From: Bryobacteraceae bacterium
Lineage (GTDB): Bacteria; Acidobacteriota; Terriglobia; Bryobacterales; Bryobacteraceae
Direction of reading: 5' to 3'
Assembly: GCA_050015435.1 (NCBI GenBank)
Contig: JBEKBK010000001.1
Coordinates: forward strand, 15,249-79,248
Length of the DNA: 64,000 nt
A program made the position numbers and the translations under genes. The notes beneath the pieces were generated by a model, which was not told the origin of the DNA, did no database searches, and saw nothing but the letters and a program-made list of their open reading frames with translations. Positions 59,673 to 64,000 of the stretch are shown here, piece after piece (the stretch's first letter is position 1; each line of letters begins with the position of its first letter).

Positions 59673-60281
59673 ATGGCGCAACGACTACGATGGGCTGGAC
59701 TCGGTCTCTTGCTTGGAATTCTCCTATCCGTGGCGGCAATGCTTTCCTTGGGTAGGATCACGGCCGCTGGTCCTTCCATTACACGGCCTCTGGATGCGCC
59801 CTTGGTGATCCGGGAGATTCAGGGTCTGAACGAATTAGTGTCAGTGAAATATACGCTTCAAAAGGTGATTGCACTGGAAGAAAAGAAGACGCCCCTTGGG
59901 TCCGAGAAAATCCTCCTGTTCGTACAAGCAGAAGCCCTGGGAGGGATTGATCTTTCGAAGCTCACGGCCGGCGATGTCGAGACGCTTCCTGGCCGCGTGG
60001 TTCAGGTTACGTTGCCGCCGCCCAGCATTGTTCACGTGGTGATCGATGATAAGCAGACCAAGGTGTGGGATCGCCGCATTACCTGGTGGACGCCTTGGGT
60101 TCCCTTCGACCCGGACTTGGAGCGCCAAGCCCGGCTCGCCGCGGAAAAGGCGATTGAAGAGGCCGCCGTCGAAATGGGGATTCTCGATCAGGCGCGAAGC
60201 AACGCCCAGGTCAGCATACGAGGCCTATTGGAGGCGCTCGGAGCAAAGTCCGTCTCATTTCAGAATCGGCGGGGATCGTAG
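59673..60281 (+). CDS. Membrane-anchored DUF4230-like protein
   Basis: N-terminal TM, then IREIQGLNELVSVKYTLQKVI..LLFVQAEALGGIDLSKL, as I recall for DUF4230. Confidence 0.6.
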   Translation: MAQRLRWAGLGLLLGILLSVAAMLSLGRITAAGPSITRPLDAPLVIREIQGLNELVSVKYTLQKVIALEEKKTPLGSEKILLFVQAEALGGIDLSKLTAGDVETLPGRVVQVTLPPPSIVHVVIDDKQTKVWDRRITWWTPWVPFDPDLERQARLAAEKAIEEAAVEMGILDQARSNAQVSIRGLLEALGAKSVSFQNRRGS

Positions 60282-60303
60282 AGAGCGGCTCGCCGAAACC
60301 CGT

Positions 60304-61734
60304 TTAGACTGGCTGGGCGCGTTCGACGGGAGTCGTGCCAACCAAGGCCAGCACGGCTTGGGCGCCTGCTGCGACACCTGAGGCTACACGGCCGTCCTCA
60401 ATCAGGATGGCGGAAGGCGTGCCGCCCGAGTTGAAGACTTGACTCGCGGCAGAATTGGGGTCCAGTAGCACGCGCGATCGGAAACCCGGTTTGCGACTGT
60501 CCTCAAGGGAGCTGGATGAGATAATGATGAGCTTGGGAGCATCCGGCGGCGGATTACGTTCCCAGCGCTTGAGGTCTTCAAGCACCCGTTGGCAAAATCC
60601 GCATGACGTATTCCAGAACAACATCAATATGCGGCTTTCGAGTTGGGCAAGGTCGACCATTTTGCCGGCGAGGTCCGGAAGCCGGAGCGAAGGTACCCGG
60701 TCTCCCTGGTTTACGGGCGGCGGCAGTGTTGCCTGTGCGACGACGCCGCGAATTGCGTCGAGGCCAACCGCCAGCAGGCTTTCAATGCTGCCATTTTTCA
60801 CCAATACCGCACTGGGTGTCGCTTCCACTAAGTAGGCGCGAGCCACCTCTCGGTCCTCCTGAAGCAAGACATTCCGAAGATTGTATTTGTCGCTCTTCGC
60901 GCGGTTTGCGCTCACATCCCCGCGGCTAATCAGGACGATTAATAACCGGTCCGCGTACTCCCGCTGCCACTGAACAATGTCCGGAAGTGCGTGCTCGCAG
61001 GCTGCGCAATCTGGCTCGCTGAACAACAACAGCACCGGATTCCCAGGCTCCATGAGCGTCTCGAGGCCGATTCGATTGCCTTCGAGATCTTGCAGATTGA
61101 ACCTGGGTGCCGGGTCGTTCACTGGCAACCCCCGTCGAGCCGCGGCCACGCCACCCGCGAGCTTTGCTTCCACTGCATCCAGACGCAGAAGCAGACGTCC
61201 ATTTTGCCGAAGAAGGTGAATCAGGGCCCACAGCTCGAACGCTCCAAGTCCGGCTACTGCGATGGCGAGACTGGCCAAAGCCAATTCAGTGCGGCTCATG
61301 CTTTCCGTCAAACCGACGATGCTCGCCCCCGAATTGTTTCGTCCTTCGAGGACGATCCAACCGGAGATGCCGGCCAAAAGTATGTTTCGGACGAGCGTCT
61401 GCCACCCGATGGGCTCGGAATGTAACTGCCCGAAGCAGTGACAGTCCGGCCGGCGGCCGCGAATCAAGCTGACGCCGATTCCAGTGATGAAGCTCACAAG
61501 CAAGATCAACACACCGATGGAGGACCACCAGGCCGAGGATACGGGAACGAGCGCAGCAGCGCAAATGATCTCGGCAAGCGGCAGCAGCCAGGAGAGCGGG
61601 CTCGCGAGGAATCTGGGGAGGCCGAATTCGATCAGGGATTGGCGAGATCCGGCGGGATCGGCCAACTTTGCGATTCCGGCGATGCCGAAGACTGCGGCCA
61701 GGATTAAGCGCGAGGCTAAAAGAACGATACCCAT
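60304..61734 (-). CDS. MauE/DoxX-type membrane domain fused to two thioredoxin-fold (TlpA-like) domains
   Basis: N-terminal 4-5 TM helices with the CHCFG motif. Two CxxC redox motifs (CAAC, CGFC), each in a TlpA-like context. Confidence 0.8.
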   Translation of the reverse strand: MGIVLLASRLILAAVFGIAGIAKLADPAGSRQSLIEFGLPRFLASPLSWLLPLAEIICAAALVPVSSAWWSSIGVLILLVSFITGIGVSLIRGRRPDCHCFGQLHSEPIGWQTLVRNILLAGISGWIVLEGRNNSGASIVGLTESMSRTELALASLAIAVAGLGAFELWALIHLLRQNGRLLLRLDAVEAKLAGGVAAARRGLPVNDPAPRFNLQDLEGNRIGLETLMEPGNPVLLLFSEPDCAACEHALPDIVQWQREYADRLLIVLISRGDVSANRAKSDKYNLRNVLLQEDREVARAYLVEATPSAVLVKNGSIESLLAVGLDAIRGVVAQATLPPPVNQGDRVPSLRLPDLAGKMVDLAQLESRILMLFWNTSCGFCQRVLEDLKRWERNPPPDAPKLIIISSSSLEDSRKPGFRSRVLLDPNSAASQVFNSGGTPSAILIEDGRVASGVAAGAQAVLALVGTTPVERAQPV

Positions 61735-61971
61735 CAGTAGATCAGCATAGCTTTTCCCGAGGCCCGGTCATTCCGTCTTCGACCCACTGACGTTAAGGAT
61801 CGAGCTCACCACGGGAGACGGGCGTTAATCGGGTGCAATTCCCGTACTCCCCAGAAAGACCACGCGCGGTGCACCGTGAGGATGGCGACTAGTCATCGCC
61901 GATCGCCTGCGCCGGGCAGGCTCGGAACGAAGTGCATGGAAGTCCTACGCGACCTGTAACCAACTAAAATT

Positions 61972-62181
61972 CTAGTTCCTTGCTCCCTTCAAAGCACCAA
62001 GCTGGCAAGACCCGCAGATGCCGAATCCTGACCCTTGCTGGTTGATAAAGCTACAAATTGTCGTCAAGCTGGTCAATTCGGAGGGACTAAGGGACCCGTT
62101 AATATAAGGGACGTTGACAGGCGCGTAGGCTCCGAGACCGAACGAGGGTTCGAGGGTGCTGCCCCACGCCAGCATGCCCAC
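61972..62181 (-). CDS. Small Cys-rich ORF (possible peptide, or the C-terminal stump of a disrupted gene)
   Basis: GTG start, 69 aa, ending ..TTICSFINQQGSGFGICGSCQLGALKGARN. The frame stays open upstream to 62316 without a better start. Confidence 0.3.
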   Translation of the reverse strand: MGMLAWGSTLEPSFGLGAYAPVNVPYINGSLSPSELTSLTTICSFINQQGSGFGICGSCQLGALKGARN

Positions 62182-62352
62182 GGAGAGTCCAGTTAGGCCT
62201 GCCGTGGTGGGATCACAAACCGTCAGCGCACCGGTCGGATCCGCGGCTGGCGCGTTTAATGCGGAGGCCGGTTTTATGCGAAGACCGATGAGGAGGGAAT
62301 GGAAAGGGGCTTGCTTCTAGGGGTTTGATGACTGCCGCCCCCGCGGAGGACT

Positions 62353-63606
62353 TTGCATAATCGTGGCGTCCTGAGCAAATCCAGGTTCCGCATTCTGCAA
62401 CTACGCGGCGGCCCAGACGGCCCGCTGCTCGATGTTTTCGCTGAAGAGCTTCGGCAGTCAGGATTTGCCAAGATCACAGCACGGCGACATATCCGGGCTG
62501 CGGAGCACTTGCTATATTGGGCGAAGCGAAAGGGCGTTTTGCCCACGACCTTCGATGAGCAGACGTTAGACGAGTTTGCTCGCCACCTCCATCAATGCCG
62601 CTGCAAAAACTACGGACACACCCACCGTCCGGATCTGCACAACGGCGCTCGTCTGTTTGTGGGCAGTCTTCGTCGCGCTGGGTTACTGTCGATCCCGTCC
62701 GTCCAAAAGGTGGTCGAAGACCCGCATGTCTTGGTGCTGTTCCGGGACTGGATGCGCAGGCACCGGGGAACAAGTGACGCGACGCTTTACAACTACAACC
62801 ATCATCTCCGTGCGTTGCTGAAGACCGTAGGAGATGACACGAGCAAGTTCGAGGCTCGGAGCCTCCGGCAGTTCGTTCAACAGACAAGCCAAGGCTGCGG
62901 TTGGGCAACGGGGAAACAGTGCACCACCTCCGTGCGAGCGTTCCTGCGTTATCTCATCGCGGATGGGAAGTGCGCAGCGGGTCTTGACGCATGCATTCCT
63001 GCGCTCGCACACTGGCGCCTTTCGTCACTGCCGCGGTATCTGCAACCCGAGGAAGTCGAGCGAGTCATTGCCGCATGCAGCGCCACCTTGGAGGCAGGTC
63101 TGAGAGACCGCGCGATTCTGCTGCTGCTCGCCCGCCTCGGTCTTCGCGCCGGCGATATCCTGCGGCTTTGCCTCAGCGACCTGGATTGGAAGGAAGCCAC
63201 CCTTCGCGTCGTCGGAAAGGGCCGCCGCCAGACCCTGCTGCCGATGACCCAAGAAGTTGGCGATGGGCTCGTCGCCTATATCAAGGATGGCAGGCATCCC
63301 ATCGACAACGACACACTTTTCATTCGGTCCCGCGCACCTTTTGGTCCATTCGCCAGCCACTGTGCCATCTCCGTAATCGTGGCGCAAGCCATGCGCCGTG
63401 CCGGCGTTCGTTGTCCAAGCCGGGGCGCCGCGCACGTTCTTCGACATTCGGTCGCCAGCTCGATGCTCCGGCAAGGAGCTTCGCTGCAAGAGATTGCAGG
63501 CGTGCTTCGACACCGCTCCATTGCCACCACGGAGATCTACGCGAAGGTGGATGTGATTGCGCTTCGAGAGATCGCGCAACCTTGGCCGGAGGCGACCTCA
63601 TGTTGA
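62353..63606 (+). CDS. Tyrosine recombinase (large, RitA-like first member of a tandem set)
   Basis: C-terminal catalytic region ..LRAGDILRL.., HVLRHSVASSML, RHRSIATTEIYAKV (R..H-x-x-R..Y). TTG start is uncertain. Confidence 0.88.
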   Translation: MHNRGVLSKSRFRILQLRGGPDGPLLDVFAEELRQSGFAKITARRHIRAAEHLLYWAKRKGVLPTTFDEQTLDEFARHLHQCRCKNYGHTHRPDLHNGARLFVGSLRRAGLLSIPSVQKVVEDPHVLVLFRDWMRRHRGTSDATLYNYNHHLRALLKTVGDDTSKFEARSLRQFVQQTSQGCGWATGKQCTTSVRAFLRYLIADGKCAAGLDACIPALAHWRLSSLPRYLQPEEVERVIAACSATLEAGLRDRAILLLLARLGLRAGDILRLCLSDLDWKEATLRVVGKGRRQTLLPMTQEVGDGLVAYIKDGRHPIDNDTLFIRSRAPFGPFASHCAISVIVAQAMRRAGVRCPSRGAAHVLRHSVASSMLRQGASLQEIAGVLRHRSIATTEIYAKVDVIALREIAQPWPEATSC

Positions 63607-64000
63607 CTCAAGCTGTGGAATCGTACCTGGAAGTCCGGCACGCCATGGGGTTCGCGCTACACTCCGAAGGCACCCTGCTGCAAAGCTTCGCGAAGTACTC
63701 CAACACGGCGGGCAAGAGCCACATCTGCATGGAAACTGCCATCCAGTGGGCGGGCTTGGCGCAATCCGTCACCACGCGAGCGCGCCGGCTTGGTCAAGTA
63801 ATCCGGCTTGCGCGATACCTTCGAGCGGAGGATCGAAGTCATGAGGTTCCGCCCGCCGTGTTCGGGTGTGAGAAAGGGCCACGGCCCGTGCCTTATATCT
63901 TCTCCACGGAAAACATCAAACGACTTGTCCAAGCAGCATCCGAACTTGGCCGGCGGAATCCCTTTCGCGGACAAACCTACGGCACGTTTTTCGCCCTGTT
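63600..64000 (+). CDS. Tyrosine recombinase, N-terminal part (RitB-like; 3-prime truncated by window edge)
   Basis: Not in the ORF track because no stop falls in the window. ATG at 63600 overlaps the upstream stop (ATGTTGA). Reads MLTQAVESYLEVRHAMGFALHSEGTLLQSF.., a typical SAM-like N-domain. Confidence 0.8.
   Translation, partial: MLTQAVESYLEVRHAMGFALHSEGTLLQSFAKYSNTAGKSHICMETAIQWAGLAQSVTTRARRLGQVIRLARYLRAEDRSHEVPPAVFGCEKGPRPVPYIFSTENIKRLVQAASELGRRNPFRGQTYGTFFAL

Larger units (their letters stand above)
62200..64000 (+). mobile_element. Left part of a probable recombinase-in-trio (RIT) element; left boundary approximate, right part outside the window
   Basis: Two same-strand, translationally coupled tyrosine recombinase genes: a ~417-aa first member and a second member with a RitB-like N-terminus. 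Confidence 0.55.

Overview
This is a 64-kb high-GC chromosomal segment. Its gene content looks Acidobacteriota-like: ECF sigma + Ser/Thr-kinase pairs, PD40/TolB and NHL propeller proteins, GT39, and many exported hypotheticals. That taxonomic call is inference from gene content only. I support about 70 protein-coding genes. Housekeeping anchors are folC (5-prime partial), plsC, rimI, recA, gltX, glnS, aceE, ligA, nadA and moaA. I saw no rRNA, tRNA or CRISPR array. Most long ORFs antisense to, or out of frame with, these genes are high-GC shadow ORFs and were rejected. Six regions look non-core. (1) An AT-richer islet lies at 6.9-8.6 kb just after recA: a 400-nt non-coding tract with several stem-loops, a DUF1828/DUF1829-like gene, and a convergent, frameshifted DUF6978-like gene. 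(2) A 4.5-kb cassette at 35.0-39.4 kb carries an exported protein, an ECF sigma factor and a kinase-FGE-hydrolase fusion. It is bracketed by a 60-bp direct repeat equal to the 3-prime end of moaA, and no recombinase is present. (3) A tetrahaem cytochrome / 4Fe-4S / NrfD module has no catalytic subunit and is followed by a DUF2339-like membrane protein. (4) A patchwork region at 52.9-55.9 kb contains a truncated AraC fragment and an 18-bp in-gene tandem duplication. (5) A MauE/DoxX-double-thioredoxin gene sits next to a Cys-rich small ORF. (6) At 62.35 kb to the window end are two translationally coupled tyrosine recombinases, consistent with the start of a recombinase-in-trio (RIT) element. 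Three genes appear frameshifted, so either the assembly has indel errors or genes are decaying. All family names come from motif recognition by eye; no database search was run.
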